DNA from: Candidatus Poribacteria bacterium
GTDB taxonomy: Bacteria; Poribacteria; WGA-4E; WGA-3G
Direction of reading: 5' to 3'
DNA length: 64,000 nt
Assembly (NCBI GenBank): GCA_022820835.1
Contig: JAJEET010000143.1
Coordinates: 9,414-73,413, forward strand
Within the stretch, counting starts at the first letter, position 1. Each line of letters opens with the position of its first letter. A program made the position numbers and the translations under genes. The notes below the pieces were generated by a model, which was not told the origin of the DNA, ran no database searches, and saw only the letters and a program-made list of their open reading frames with translations. This document shows, in pieces, positions 29,684 to 40,026 of the stretch.

Positions 29684-31558
29684 ATGTTGTTAGAACGCAT
29701 CCGCCTTAAGACTTTCGGTTGTTTCCAAGAACAAGATTTTGACCTTCATGACGGTATCAACCTAATTTTCGGTCCTAATTTCAGTGGAAAAAGTACGCTC
29801 GTTAACGCTATCTTCTTCACGCTAACCGGGAAACCGATTGTGCCACGTGTGGATGCCTCAGCCATGAAGAACCCTAAAGCCTATAGCGGAACTGCAGGAC
29901 TCCAATTCACGGTAAATGGAGAACGGTATCAACTCTATCGCGCGACGGGGAAACGTGTCCAACTCCGTAATGAAAAAGAGCGCGCGTGGCATGTCCTTTT
30001 CGATGATAAGCGTATCGGAGCAACCGAATTGATGTTACAAGAACGGTTCGGCATCATACATGAGCAACTCGCACTGACAACCTTTCTCCGTGAAGGTGAG
30101 ATTTTTGAGTTTCTCGCACGCCAATCCGCCACGCGACGCGATATCCTACATACCCTTCTCGGGATCGATAGACTGATAGAGGTACGACAACGGTTCATTG
30201 ATACACGTCGGATTGCTAAGCGTGAACAAGGCAGAATCCGAGCGCATCAGAATAGTTTGCGCTATAACGCACAGAACGTCAACGAAGCCGAGATCACACG
30301 GATTGAAGCAAAGTTAAAAGACTTGGAAGCTGCCTACAGTGCTGAGACTAGCGATTCTGCACTTATCGCTGAGTGGGTACAGCACCAAAACCGTTTGCAA
30401 AAACAGTTGGACACACTCACACATCAACAAAACGAAGCACTGAGTGGTTTTGACGATGCCGCACATCTGCGACAGATGACTGCTACGATTGAGAAAGCGA
30501 TTCAAGATGCCTCCGGATTAGAAACGAAACGGGAGCAACTGATACAACAGATCGGACGACTTGAATCCGAAATTGAAGCGTTGACGACTGTCTGTAATAC
30601 CCTCCGTAAACTACTTGAGAGCGGCGAACAGCATTGTCCAACCTGTTATCAGAAAGTAGAACGAGAGGTTATTCAACGGATTGTTGACGAGAAAGAAGCA
30701 GAGAAAGCAAACCGCACCGAAGAATTAGAAACACACAAGCAATCGTTGGAAACAGAAACCAAGAATTTAGAAAGCCGACGTGGACTTGAACAACGACTTC
30801 AAACACTACAAGTTCGTTCGACACAATACAAACAACGCACCCAGGACATTGACAAAATCCAGACGGAGCTTAGCGCACTTTCATCCCGATTAGGTGAGAC
30901 AGGCATCCAACAGAACAGACAGACCCCATCTGATACCCTCACAACCGTTGACAAAAACCAACTAAAAACCCAAATCGATAGTGAACGTAAACGACTCGAC
31001 AAACTCAAGCAAAAAGAAGCCGTCCGTTTAGATAGACTCGGCGCACTCCAACGTGCAAATACAGACGCTGCGAAAGTTGAAAAGACGCTCCTGAGCTTAG
31101 AACTCGCCTGTTCTGGAATCGAAAAAACCATTGAAGCACTCCAACAGCAGATCCTCAAACCAGCAGAAGACGAGTTGCATCACTGGATCGACAAGATGCA
31201 ACTCTTTTCGAGTTCTCGCGAGAACGGTGGACAGACGCGTATCGATCTACAACGCGAACATTTGCTGCCGACGCTCAACATAGATGGCGCAGATCGCAGT
31301 CTGATGCTGCTCAGCGGTAGCGAGAAGATGTTCCTCTATCTCTGCTTCAAAGTCGCACTCGCCAGAGTCTTGGGAAATCCCGGGTTTTTTGTATTAGACG
31401 ATCCAACGCTTCATTTAGACGGTGAGCGGAAAATCCTAATGGTAGACTTCATTCGTCAACTCGCCGAAGAATACCAAGTCGTTGTAACGAGTTATGATGA
31501 GGATGTCCGTTCAGGGTTAGAAGGCGCACATTTAATTGAAATGACCAGAGAAGCATAG
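29684..31558 (+). CDS. Rad50/SbcC/SMC-family ATPase with coiled coil and a CxxC zinc hook
   Basis: Walker A GPNFSGKST, long Q/E/R-rich coiled coil with central HCPTCYQ, C-terminal ABC signature LSGSEKMFLYL and Walker B FFVLDDP. Confidence 0.7.
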   Translation: MLLERIRLKTFGCFQEQDFDLHDGINLIFGPNFSGKSTLVNAIFFTLTGKPIVPRVDASAMKNPKAYSGTAGLQFTVNGERYQLYRATGKRVQLRNEKERAWHVLFDDKRIGATELMLQERFGIIHEQLALTTFLREGEIFEFLARQSATRRDILHTLLGIDRLIEVRQRFIDTRRIAKREQGRIRAHQNSLRYNAQNVNEAEITRIEAKLKDLEAAYSAETSDSALIAEWVQHQNRLQKQLDTLTHQQNEALSGFDDAAHLRQMTATIEKAIQDASGLETKREQLIQQIGRLESEIEALTTVCNTLRKLLESGEQHCPTCYQKVEREVIQRIVDEKEAEKANRTEELETHKQSLETETKNLESRRGLEQRLQTLQVRSTQYKQRTQDIDKIQTELSALSSRLGETGIQQNRQTPSDTLTTVDKNQLKTQIDSERKRLDKLKQKEAVRLDRLGALQRANTDAAKVEKTLLSLELACSGIEKTIEALQQQILKPAEDELHHWIDKMQLFSSSRENGGQTRIDLQREHLLPTLNIDGADRSLMLLSGSEKMFLYLCFKVALARVLGNPGFFVLDDPTLHLDGERKILMVDFIRQLAEEYQVVVTSYDEDVRSGLEGAHLIEMTREA

Positions 31559-31726
31559 GGAGATGGGAATTTGACTCTATTCTCTCTATACGTATGGCGT
31601 TATTGCGGAAGATACCGACGGAATGTGTAGGATTGTTAATCCAATATATCAGTTCCGCATCATGCGAGCATTCAAGCGGCCTGTTAACGGATTAGAGCGG
31701 GAATACCTCCCGGAAGATACTCGCGT

Positions 31727-33130
31727 CTAAAACCGTTTAAGATGTATATCTCCGTTGTCTTCTTGCGTATTACTCCAGACAACCGCCCATTTCCCTTGTC
31801 CGACAGAGACCACAAACGGCGGATAGTGTTCACCTTTACGCGTGGATATGGCGACCCCGTCCTTATCCCACAACAGTTTGCCTTCTAAGTCAATGAGCTG
31901 TCCGTAGATAGCATCAATACTCTCTTCACCGAAGTCATCTCGATAGTCCAACCACGCCACGAAAAATTGCCCGTTCTCAGTCATTACAATCGACGGTTTG
32001 TCCTGATGTCCACCTGCCCTGCAAAGCGGGATACCATCCTGCTCCCAGACCGGTGTGCCATCTTCCCGGACGCGCTGCATATACAAGTCAGAATAGATAT
32101 CGCGCTCATCCCGCCAGACTGCGATGAACCCGCCACTCCCGTCCGCGACGACCGAGGCGTGCTTCTGGATACCTTCGGCAACGCAGATTGGTACACCCGT
32201 TTCCTGCCACAATTTACCGCCATCAGCAGAAATCCGCTGAGCATAGAACTGATCGTTGATGAAGTTTTCGTATACCTGCCATAAAACAATAAGACCCCCT
32301 TCACCATCAGGGATCACACGGGGTTCACCTTGCATACCGTCTGCTGGTGAGACAAGAAGCGGTGCATCCCACAACGGTTTGGCATCTAAACGCATCCGAT
32401 ACGCCATAATATGCCACGCGTCGTAACCGACAACGTCCCACCAAACCACATAGAATCCACCGATGCCATCTGCAACCAAAATAGGGTCACTCTGTAGCGA
32501 TTCCGATGGAAAAACCGGAATGCCGTTAGATTCCCACATCAGTTCGCCTGTGACACGAATCCTTTGAATATAGAGGTCTTGAAATTCGGAATTTCGGCGT
32601 TCATCTTCCCAAACAAAGATAGCACCGCCCTCACCATCGCTCAAAATCGCTTGTGTGGATTGATCTGCAGTATTGGTGCAGATAGGAATACCGTCTGTTT
32701 GCCACAAAATCTCGCCATCGATCGTTACAGCTTGTGCATAAATGTCCCAATTGCTTCGGTCGCGTCTGTCGTTCCAGACGACAATTGCGTGTTTGTCGTG
32801 CCGGATCATCCGTAAGCGGCGCTGATTTCTGTCGGCTGTACAGACGGCTATACCGTTGTGTTTCCAAACCGTTTTTCCGGTGGCATCAACGCGTTGTGCA
32901 TAGACATCCCAATCCTTCCCAGTCCGATAATCCTCCCACATCACGACCACGCCTCCCACGCCATCATCTACAACCCACGGAAGGAATTGACCGTCTACCG
33001 CTGTCGATACAGCAATCTCCGACGATGCTGTGTTGAGCAGGACGAAAGCACCCAGAAACAGGATAGATATTGATATTCTCAAGCGTCTACTTAGTCTGCT
33101 TAATTGGAAAAAAGCGTTTTGGGAGTCCAT
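31727..33130 (-). CDS. Secreted repeat protein: about eight ~40-aa units (hhhW.D.R...DIYAQR....G...W...G.P.C), a probable beta-propeller
   Basis: Eight recognisable tandem units such as IVVWNDRRDRSNWDIYAQAVTIDGEILWQTDGIPIC. N-terminal hydrophobic signal. Start uncertain: ATG 33175 or 33130, or TTG 33082. Confidence 0.5.
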   Translation of the reverse strand: MDSQNAFFQLSRLSRRLRISISILFLGAFVLLNTASSEIAVSTAVDGQFLPWVVDDGVGGVVVMWEDYRTGKDWDVYAQRVDATGKTVWKHNGIAVCTADRNQRRLRMIRHDKHAIVVWNDRRDRSNWDIYAQAVTIDGEILWQTDGIPICTNTADQSTQAILSDGEGGAIFVWEDERRNSEFQDLYIQRIRVTGELMWESNGIPVFPSESLQSDPILVADGIGGFYVVWWDVVGYDAWHIMAYRMRLDAKPLWDAPLLVSPADGMQGEPRVIPDGEGGLIVLWQVYENFINDQFYAQRISADGGKLWQETGVPICVAEGIQKHASVVADGSGGFIAVWRDERDIYSDLYMQRVREDGTPVWEQDGIPLCRAGGHQDKPSIVMTENGQFFVAWLDYRDDFGEESIDAIYGQLIDLEGKLLWDKDGVAISTRKGEHYPPFVVSVGQGKWAVVWSNTQEDNGDIHLKRF

Positions 33131-33597
33131 AAGTTCACCAAAGTCCCTTCTGTGTCTAAGACGAGTGCTTCCCAACTTGGGGTGGCGAGTTCAATGTGCG
33201 CGATCGCCGCGGTAGGCATCAGTTCTCTTTGTCCGGTAAAGAGGTACACGAGTTGTTCCATCGTCGGATTGTGTCCGATAGCCATGACAATTTGATCTTT
33301 CTCTGGCAATGCTTGTAATGTTTCATAGTATACCCCAGGAACAGTATCGTAAAGTGCCTCTAATTTTTTTACTTTTCCCGAATAACCGCACGATTTCGCG
33401 ACTCGACTCGCCGTCTTTCGCGCGCGTTTAGCTGATGAAGTCAGAATCCGGTCAGGAACCAAACCTATCCGATGTAAGTGGTCCCCCATTCGCGGGGCAT
33501 CGCGTTTGCCGCGCTTATTGAGTGGACGATCGTGATCGGAAAGTTCTGGATAGTTCCAACTCGATTTTGCATGTCGCATGATGAGAAGCGTTTTCAT
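33100..33597 (-). CDS. sixA: Phosphohistidine phosphatase SixA (histidine-phosphatase superfamily)
   Basis: N-terminal RHAKS catalytic motif; 165 aa. Confidence 0.7.
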   Translation of the reverse strand: MKTLLIMRHAKSSWNYPELSDHDRPLNKRGKRDAPRMGDHLHRIGLVPDRILTSSAKRARKTASRVAKSCGYSGKVKKLEALYDTVPGVYYETLQALPEKDQIVMAIGHNPTMEQLVYLFTGQRELMPTAAIAHIELATPSWEALVLDTEGTLVNLWTPKTLFSN

Positions 33598-33911
33598 TGT
33601 TTCTCCTTATGTGGTTTTTACGATTTTCTCATATCATATCATAATTGGGTGTGCCTGTCAATTAGGCGCGTTTGACTTTCTGAAAATTTTGTCTTGCATT
33701 TACACGGCTTTTGTGATAATATTTTTATGTCAACATTTTTATGGACACATCCGTTAAAGTATTTATAGGGACCTGAAAAAATAGTAAGACACACTTAGAA
33801 AGATGGGCGAGGATATCTCACCCCTACGAAACGTATTCTGCTAAAGGAAAGGTGTTTACTTAATTGTTGATTTTACTATAAATTACACTTTAACGCTGGA
33901 GGCTATAACAC

Positions 33912-34709
33912 ATGTTGTCCAAAATCAATAGAATACTCACAATCCTGCTGATTGCCACACTATTTGGGGGTATCAGTGGTTGTTACATCGATGCTAATGA
34001 CGATAGGGATAATGAACCTCCCGCCGTGCCACGTGGGGTCAGAACAACGACTGGCGACGAGGAAGTTATCATTGAATGGTATCCTAACGGCGAATTTGAT
34101 CTCGCAGGCTATCAGGTGTGGCGCGGACGAAACGGCATTGATTTTGATAATCTTGCAGAAGTTTCAGAAAACACATCCCGTTATATAGATACAAGTGTCC
34201 GAAACGGCGAAACCTATTACTACGCCGTCTCTGCTTATGACATCCACGGGAATGAAAGCGAACTCAGTCCTGAAGATGCTTGGGACACCCCGCGTCCAGA
34301 AGGGCGAAATGTCACCCTTGATAACTACGAGTTCTTTCCCGATAGAAGCGGCTTTGATTTTTCGCGACCGGAAAAAGGGAGTGTTCCCTGGAACATCCCA
34401 ACAACCGATATATACTTTGGATTTGATACTGAAATCAATGTTACCTACCTCTATTCGGATAATGATACGCTCATGCAAGATTTAGGGTATCACGAGGACT
34501 TTGATTCCGTTGATGTCGCTCCGGTAGACGGGTATATCACACTTTTTGTTGAGTTGATTAAGGGGCATATCTATGCCCTCAACACACCTGATGGAAATTT
34601 CGCGAAAATTCGGGTACGCGAAGTTGATGAGGAGGCAGTCGTTTTTGATTGGGCATACCAGACAGATCCAGAAAACGCCCAATTGGCACCCTCTCTTAAC
34701 CGTCCTTGA
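33912..34709 (+). CDS. Lipoprotein with a fibronectin type III domain
   Basis: Signal peptide plus lipobox-like ISGC. FN3 pattern present (PP.P.G...G...V.L.W ... GY.V.R ... T.Y.D ... NG..YYY.V.A.D..GNES). Confidence 0.55.
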   Translation: MLSKINRILTILLIATLFGGISGCYIDANDDRDNEPPAVPRGVRTTTGDEEVIIEWYPNGEFDLAGYQVWRGRNGIDFDNLAEVSENTSRYIDTSVRNGETYYYAVSAYDIHGNESELSPEDAWDTPRPEGRNVTLDNYEFFPDRSGFDFSRPEKGSVPWNIPTTDIYFGFDTEINVTYLYSDNDTLMQDLGYHEDFDSVDVAPVDGYITLFVELIKGHIYALNTPDGNFAKIRVREVDEEAVVFDWAYQTDPENAQLAPSLNRP

Positions 34710-34720
34710 TAAGGAGTGAA

Positions 34721-34760
34721 ACCTACGCAGCTCCATTGTAGGCGGGGTTTGAAACCCCGC
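34721..34760. repeat. Intergenic repeat copy ACCTACGCAGCTCCATTGTAGGCGGGGTTTGAAACCCCGC
   Basis: Same hairpin family; lies 3' of the FN3 lipoprotein gene. Confidence 0.7.
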
Positions 34761-34822
34761 TTACAGAGCATGATATGCAGTTTCTCATGCAAAAATTCGT
34801 AAGTCCTAAAGGAGTGAACTTC

Positions 34823-35488
34823 ATGAAAAAAAGCAGAGAGGCGGCAGTGAAATCGCCTCTGTTCGGCATTCTACTTACTTTCGTGTTTCTTTTGAGTACC
34901 GGTATTATCGGCGCAATCGCTCAAACCGAAACATCTGAAACGGATACCACTACAAACACAGAATCCGAAACGGCTACTCAAAAACCGCTACCGTTTGTTC
35001 CCGGATATGTTGAAGAACCTAAAACGGATCCGAATTACTCACTATTTCGACGACATCCAGAGCGATACTATCCGGAACTTGATACGCAGAAAGCGCAGCA
35101 ACTCTCGACTTTTATGCCCGGACTCGGACAGGCTTATGCCGGCAATTACACAAAAGCGTCCCTATTTCTCACTGCTGAACTCACTACTTTCGCACTTGCT
35201 GGGTATAACATCGCTCGCGCCCTACATTACAACGAACAGAGCGTGTTTGAAACCGGTTTCCAAGATGACCGAACCGGTGAATTCTTGACCTACGAACAAG
35301 GGCAGGCTCGCATGCGAAATCATACGTTTTTCGGTGGAATCTTCCTCGCAACAGGAATCGGAATCCATATCTGGAATATCCTTGACGCACCAAAAACCGC
35401 AGAAGCGTATAATCGTCAAAGATTTTCCGTGCAAATGCAACAAACGGATAGCGGTTATCAGTCTCTCGTTTTCACACATAGATTCTAA
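34823..35488 (+). CDS. Secreted/membrane-associated hypothetical protein
   Basis: SD AGGAGTG precedes the ATG at 34823. Signal peptide, a T/E-rich linker, and a hydrophobic PGLGQAYAGNY segment. Confidence 0.45.
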   Translation: MKKSREAAVKSPLFGILLTFVFLLSTGIIGAIAQTETSETDTTTNTESETATQKPLPFVPGYVEEPKTDPNYSLFRRHPERYYPELDTQKAQQLSTFMPGLGQAYAGNYTKASLFLTAELTTFALAGYNIARALHYNEQSVFETGFQDDRTGEFLTYEQGQARMRNHTFFGGIFLATGIGIHIWNILDAPKTAEAYNRQRFSVQMQQTDSGYQSLVFTHRF

Positions 35489-35537
35489 CCCCTGACGCAG
35501 ATAGAATTGTCGGCTTCACAATCGTGAGGACAATAAA

Positions 35538-36302
35538 GTGCATTATGCAAAGGTACTAATCTTTACGCTGTTTTTGGTAGCCGGTATTGTCCTGAGTGCC
35601 AATGAGACATCGCTTGTTGAAACGAAGAACGTTTTGCCTAACCCATTAAAAGTCGGTGAAAAACTAACCTATAGTATTACTTGGAAAAGAGTGCCAGCTG
35701 GAAAACGGACAGACTGGATCGTCAAGCAAGAATCGGTTAATGGAGAAGACGTTTATCATATCCAGTCTCAAATGCAGACGCGTGCCCTATTCAGAGTTTA
35801 CAGTTTCCAAAATCAGTCGGAAACCTATTTTAATCCGGCGACACTCTCACCGGTACGTTTTCGGAATCGGTTAAAAGATCGCGGATATCGAGCGACAGTG
35901 ACGGCTGACTTCCAAAATGGGCAAGCTGAATACGAAAAAGTTTCTCGTCCGAAACCGAAATCTCCTCAAAAACGTGAGACAAAAAATATAGAGATACCTC
36001 CTGGCACACAAGATGAATTGTCAATCATCTACTTTTTGCGTTCTAAACAACTCGCACTCGGTAAAACCTATTTCTTTCCGCTGCTTGCCAAAGGAAAAGT
36101 ACATAAAGCGACGCTGACCGTTGAGCGCAGGGAGTTCATTAAAAGTAAAGTTTTAGGGCATGTTAGAACCCTCGTCTTACTGACCTCTGAAGGGGATCGC
36201 TTCTGGCTTACAGACGATGCAAGACGGTTACCTGTCAAAATTCAGGTAAATAAGTTGGGCGGGCTAATAGCGACGCTAACAGAGATTGAGCCCGCGAATT
36301 AA
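35538..36302 (+). CDS. Secreted hypothetical protein, possibly DUF3108-like
   Basis: Signal peptide and beta-rich sequence. Family assignment rests on recalled motifs only. Confidence 0.4.
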   Translation: MHYAKVLIFTLFLVAGIVLSANETSLVETKNVLPNPLKVGEKLTYSITWKRVPAGKRTDWIVKQESVNGEDVYHIQSQMQTRALFRVYSFQNQSETYFNPATLSPVRFRNRLKDRGYRATVTADFQNGQAEYEKVSRPKPKSPQKRETKNIEIPPGTQDELSIIYFLRSKQLALGKTYFFPLLAKGKVHKATLTVERREFIKSKVLGHVRTLVLLTSEGDRFWLTDDARRLPVKIQVNKLGGLIATLTEIEPAN

Positions 36303-36358
36303 AACGATAACCATTTTGTAGTCATTAGGATTTCTATAGACTCATCAAGGAACTTGTA

Positions 36359-39300
36359 GTGATAGAACTTTTACGCGAAACAGACAATTATCAGACACTC
36401 GTAGCACGACTCAAAGACGGCAAAAAACTCCCGTGGCTCAGGGGGTTACCGAATGCATCAACGGCATATCTTTTAGCTACACTCATTGACGATTTCCCTA
36501 AAAAATCTTTTCTGATACTACTCCCATCTCAACGTGAAGCCGAACAGATGATGGAAGAAATTTGTACGTATCAAGCATACCCCACTGTGGATACAACGCC
36601 TTCCGCAGATTCGCAACCTGAAGTTAATTTTTTTCCCGCTTGGCAACGCAAAATTTTTGACGGTATCCCCCCAGCTAAAAACAGTATTATTGACCGGATG
36701 AAGTGTCTCGAACGACTTTCTCAAGGAAAGCGGAGTATTATTCTGACCACAGCACAAGCGATGCTCTACAAACTCCCGCCACAACAACGTTTCGTCGATG
36801 CATGCCGCCCACTTAAACTCGGTGACGAAGTGGACCCTGACGAAGTCGCTATGACGCTTATCCGTAGTGGATACCAAAACGTTGATTTGGTAGAAGTTAA
36901 AGGCGAGTTTGCACGGAGAGGAGACATCCTTGATGTCTATCCGCTTACTGCGGATACACCGGCGCGAATCGAATTCTTCGGTGATGAGGTTGATACCATC
37001 CGTTCATTTGACGCAGTATCACAGCGATCAACAGAAACACTAACTTCCGTTACGCTGACACCACTTAGAGAAGTCCTTTCTGATGAGATTTCCGTTGATC
37101 ATTGGGAGACACAGATAGAAGCACTCATACAGGAACACGCAACACCGGAACTCGTGAAAATAGCACGTGAAATAACAGAAACCCTCAACGATGCCGCGAC
37201 TGCACCTTATCCGTTGCAAGACTGCCCTCTCAACGACACAATAGAGGCATTTTTACCGATGCTTCTCCCTGAAACAGTACTTCTTACGGACTATCTCCCT
37301 GATGACACAATTGTCTGCTTGATAGAACCGCAGTGGCAAAAGCGGGAAGCAGCGCAAATGCGCGAGCGGATGCAGGAATTGTCCGAACAGAAAATTGAAG
37401 AATCAAGCCTAATGCTACCACCGGATCGTCTCTTAGATTCTTATAAAAATCTTAACACCGAATTAGAGCAGTATACGGTTATTTCGGCATCTCTGGCACC
37501 GCCTCAGGAAGTTACAGAGAGCAAATTGAAACCGCTGCACTTTGAGATGAAACCGCTGCCCCTGCCCACTGGAAATTATCAGACAATCATCGATCAAATT
37601 AAGAGATGGGCAAAAGCGGGGAAACGGATACATCTCTTTTGTGAAACTCCCCAGCAGGCGAAACGGGTGACTGAGATTTTAGCAGAACGTGATTTATTTA
37701 CGTCCGACATTGATATCAGTGTTGGCGCGATCAGTGCAGGGTTCCTCAATGACGAGTCAGATCTCATCGTTATCTCGGAAGACGAACTCTTCGGGAATCG
37801 TCAACACCGCCCCATCCGCCGCCGTCCGACGACAGACGGGTCCCCAATTCTAAGCCTTATTGACCTGAAGGTTGGGGATTATGTCGTCCATGTTTCACAC
37901 GGGATCGCTGTTTATGACGGGATACGACGCATGGCAATCGACGGAAAATCACAAGACTTCCTTATCCTTAAATATAGCAACCACGATACGCTCTATGTAC
38001 CGACCTATCAGGTAGACCTCGTTCAGAAGTATGTTGGCGGCAAAGACAGAACCTATAGACCTCGTGTTGACAGACTCGGTGGGATTTCATGGAACCAACG
38101 CAAAGGACGTGTTAAAGAGTCAATTCAGCAGATGGCAGATGAACTCCTTAAGTTGTATGCCACCCGGCAAGCTCGAAAAGGATATAGCTTCCCCGAAAAA
38201 GTACCGTGGCAAACCGAATTTGAGGCACTCTTCCCGTATCAAGAAACCGATGATCAACTCCAAGCCATTGAAGACGTTAAAGCCGATATGGAGTCTGAAC
38301 TCCCGATGGACAGGCTTATCTGTGGCGATGTCGGATATGGAAAAACCGAAATCGCGTTGCGTGCCGCTTTCAAAGCCGTGATGTCCGAAAAACAGGTCGC
38401 TGTACTTGTACCTACAACGATCCTCGCATTACAACACTTCGATACCTTTGAGAAGCGTTTTCAGTCGATACCGGTTCGTATTGAGATGCTAAACCGTTTC
38501 CGAACCCAGAAGGAGATAAAAGAGGTTAAGAAAGGTCTTGCCAACGGCACTGTTGATATTGTTATCGGCACCCATAGCCTCCTCTCTAAAACCGTCGAAT
38601 TTAACGATCTTGGACTCTTAGTTGTTGATGAAGAGCATCGATTCGGCGTTAAGCACAAGGAAAAGATCAAACAGTTCAAGGAGACGATTGATGTCCTGAC
38701 ACTGACCGCTACTCCGATCCCGCGTACCCTTCACATGTCCATTATCGGTATCCGGGATTTCAGTGTTATCAACACGCCACCTGCTGACCGGTTACCCATT
38801 CAGACGTATGTCATGCCTTACAACAGTGATGTTATTAAAGAGGCGATCACTACGGAATTAGCACGTGATGGACAGGTCTTCTTCGTCCATAATCGCGTTG
38901 AGGACATTCATAGTATGGCATTAACGCTTCAGCAGCTCTTGCCTGATGCACGTATCGCGATCGCACACGGACAGATGCCGGAACGCGAACTGGAAACCGT
39001 TATGCTTGAGTTCGTCCGACACAAGCACGACATCCTCGTCTGCACTATGATTATTGAGTCGGGGTTGGATATACCAAACGTTAACACGATTCTGATTAAT
39101 CGAGCGGACGCACTCGGTTTAGCACAACTCTATCAGCTGCGTGGACGTGTCGGACGAGCAACCACGCAGGCTTACGGTTATCTGTTCTATCCGCCGGACC
39201 GCGCGATTACCGAAGGTGCACAAAAACGGCTTCGCGTTATTGAGGAATTCACAGATCTCGGTTCAGGTTTCAAAATCGCACTCAGAGATTTAGAGATTCG

Positions 39301-39862
39301 AGGCACCGGGAATATACTCGGCCCCGAACAGCATGGTCATATCGTTACCGTCGGTTATGAACTTTACTGCCAACTTCTTGAAGAAGCTGTGAAGGCATTA
39401 AAAGGTGAAAAGGTTCAGGAGACACTCGAAACTCGGATTAGTGTACCTGTCGAAGCGTATCTTCCTGATGATTATGTACCCGATAGCCGTCAAAAGGTCG
39501 CTATCTACAAAAAAATTGCCGGTTTAAAGACGGATAGCGCGTTGAATGAACTCCGAGAAGAGCTTCGGGATCGATACGGCGCAATACCGGAACCCACTGA
39601 AATGTTACTTGAGATCGCGAGCGTCAAGCAGCTCAGCCGAAACCTCGGCATCGCCGCTATCGTCGCTGGGAAAGAGCAAGTCAAAGTTACTTTCGATGAA
39701 GAGAAATCAAAAATTAATGTGAAGAAACTCGTTGATATAATCCACAAAAATGACGACCTTCAGTTACAACCTCCGGCACAACTCATAATTCGGATGCCAG
39801 GGACGACTGGAGTGAATATGTTAGCCGAACTTCAACAGACACTCAGGTTGTTTGTTGAGTAA
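36359..39862 (+). CDS. mfd: Transcription-repair coupling factor Mfd
   Basis: UvrB-homology N-terminus, RNAP-interaction domain, superfamily 2 helicase motifs (DEEHRFGV, LTATPIPRT, QLRGRVGR) and the TRCF C-terminal domain. Confidence 0.9.
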   Translation: MIELLRETDNYQTLVARLKDGKKLPWLRGLPNASTAYLLATLIDDFPKKSFLILLPSQREAEQMMEEICTYQAYPTVDTTPSADSQPEVNFFPAWQRKIFDGIPPAKNSIIDRMKCLERLSQGKRSIILTTAQAMLYKLPPQQRFVDACRPLKLGDEVDPDEVAMTLIRSGYQNVDLVEVKGEFARRGDILDVYPLTADTPARIEFFGDEVDTIRSFDAVSQRSTETLTSVTLTPLREVLSDEISVDHWETQIEALIQEHATPELVKIAREITETLNDAATAPYPLQDCPLNDTIEAFLPMLLPETVLLTDYLPDDTIVCLIEPQWQKREAAQMRERMQELSEQKIEESSLMLPPDRLLDSYKNLNTELEQYTVISASLAPPQEVTESKLKPLHFEMKPLPLPTGNYQTIIDQIKRWAKAGKRIHLFCETPQQAKRVTEILAERDLFTSDIDISVGAISAGFLNDESDLIVISEDELFGNRQHRPIRRRPTTDGSPILSLIDLKVGDYVVHVSHGIAVYDGIRRMAIDGKSQDFLILKYSNHDTLYVPTYQVDLVQKYVGGKDRTYRPRVDRLGGISWNQRKGRVKESIQQMADELLKLYATRQARKGYSFPEKVPWQTEFEALFPYQETDDQLQAIEDVKADMESELPMDRLICGDVGYGKTEIALRAAFKAVMSEKQVAVLVPTTILALQHFDTFEKRFQSIPVRIEMLNRFRTQKEIKEVKKGLANGTVDIVIGTHSLLSKTVEFNDLGLLVVDEEHRFGVKHKEKIKQFKETIDVLTLTATPIPRTLHMSIIGIRDFSVINTPPADRLPIQTYVMPYNSDVIKEAITTELARDGQVFFVHNRVEDIHSMALTLQQLLPDARIAIAHGQMPERELETVMLEFVRHKHDILVCTMIIESGLDIPNVNTILINRADALGLAQLYQLRGRVGRATTQAYGYLFYPPDRAITEGAQKRLRVIEEFTDLGSGFKIALRDLEIRGTGNILGPEQHGHIVTVGYELYCQLLEEAVKALKGEKVQETLETRISVPVEAYLPDDYVPDSRQKVAIYKKIAGLKTDSALNELREELRDRYGAIPEPTEMLLEIASVKQLSRNLGIAAIVAGKEQVKVTFDEEKSKINVKKLVDIIHKNDDLQLQPPAQLIIRMPGTTGVNMLAELQQTLRLFVE

Positions 39863-40026
39863 TTGTAAAACTGAAAAGTCAAAAAAGACGTGCTGCGCGT
39901 ATTATTCAAAGCGCGTAAGCCTAACCGGGTCCCACCCGTTACCGGGAAGGCGGGGGAGGCTGCACATACGAAAAAATGCCTCATTGCCCAAGCCGACCTG
40001 ACCGAACCGCAAGGAAGATTAAAAAT

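Noticed and set aside
29464-31558. Lamassu-type defence system (LmuB SMC plus effector)
   Set aside because: No effector or nuclease gene is adjacent; flanks are an aminotransferase and a propeller protein. Kept only as an orphan SMC-like finding.
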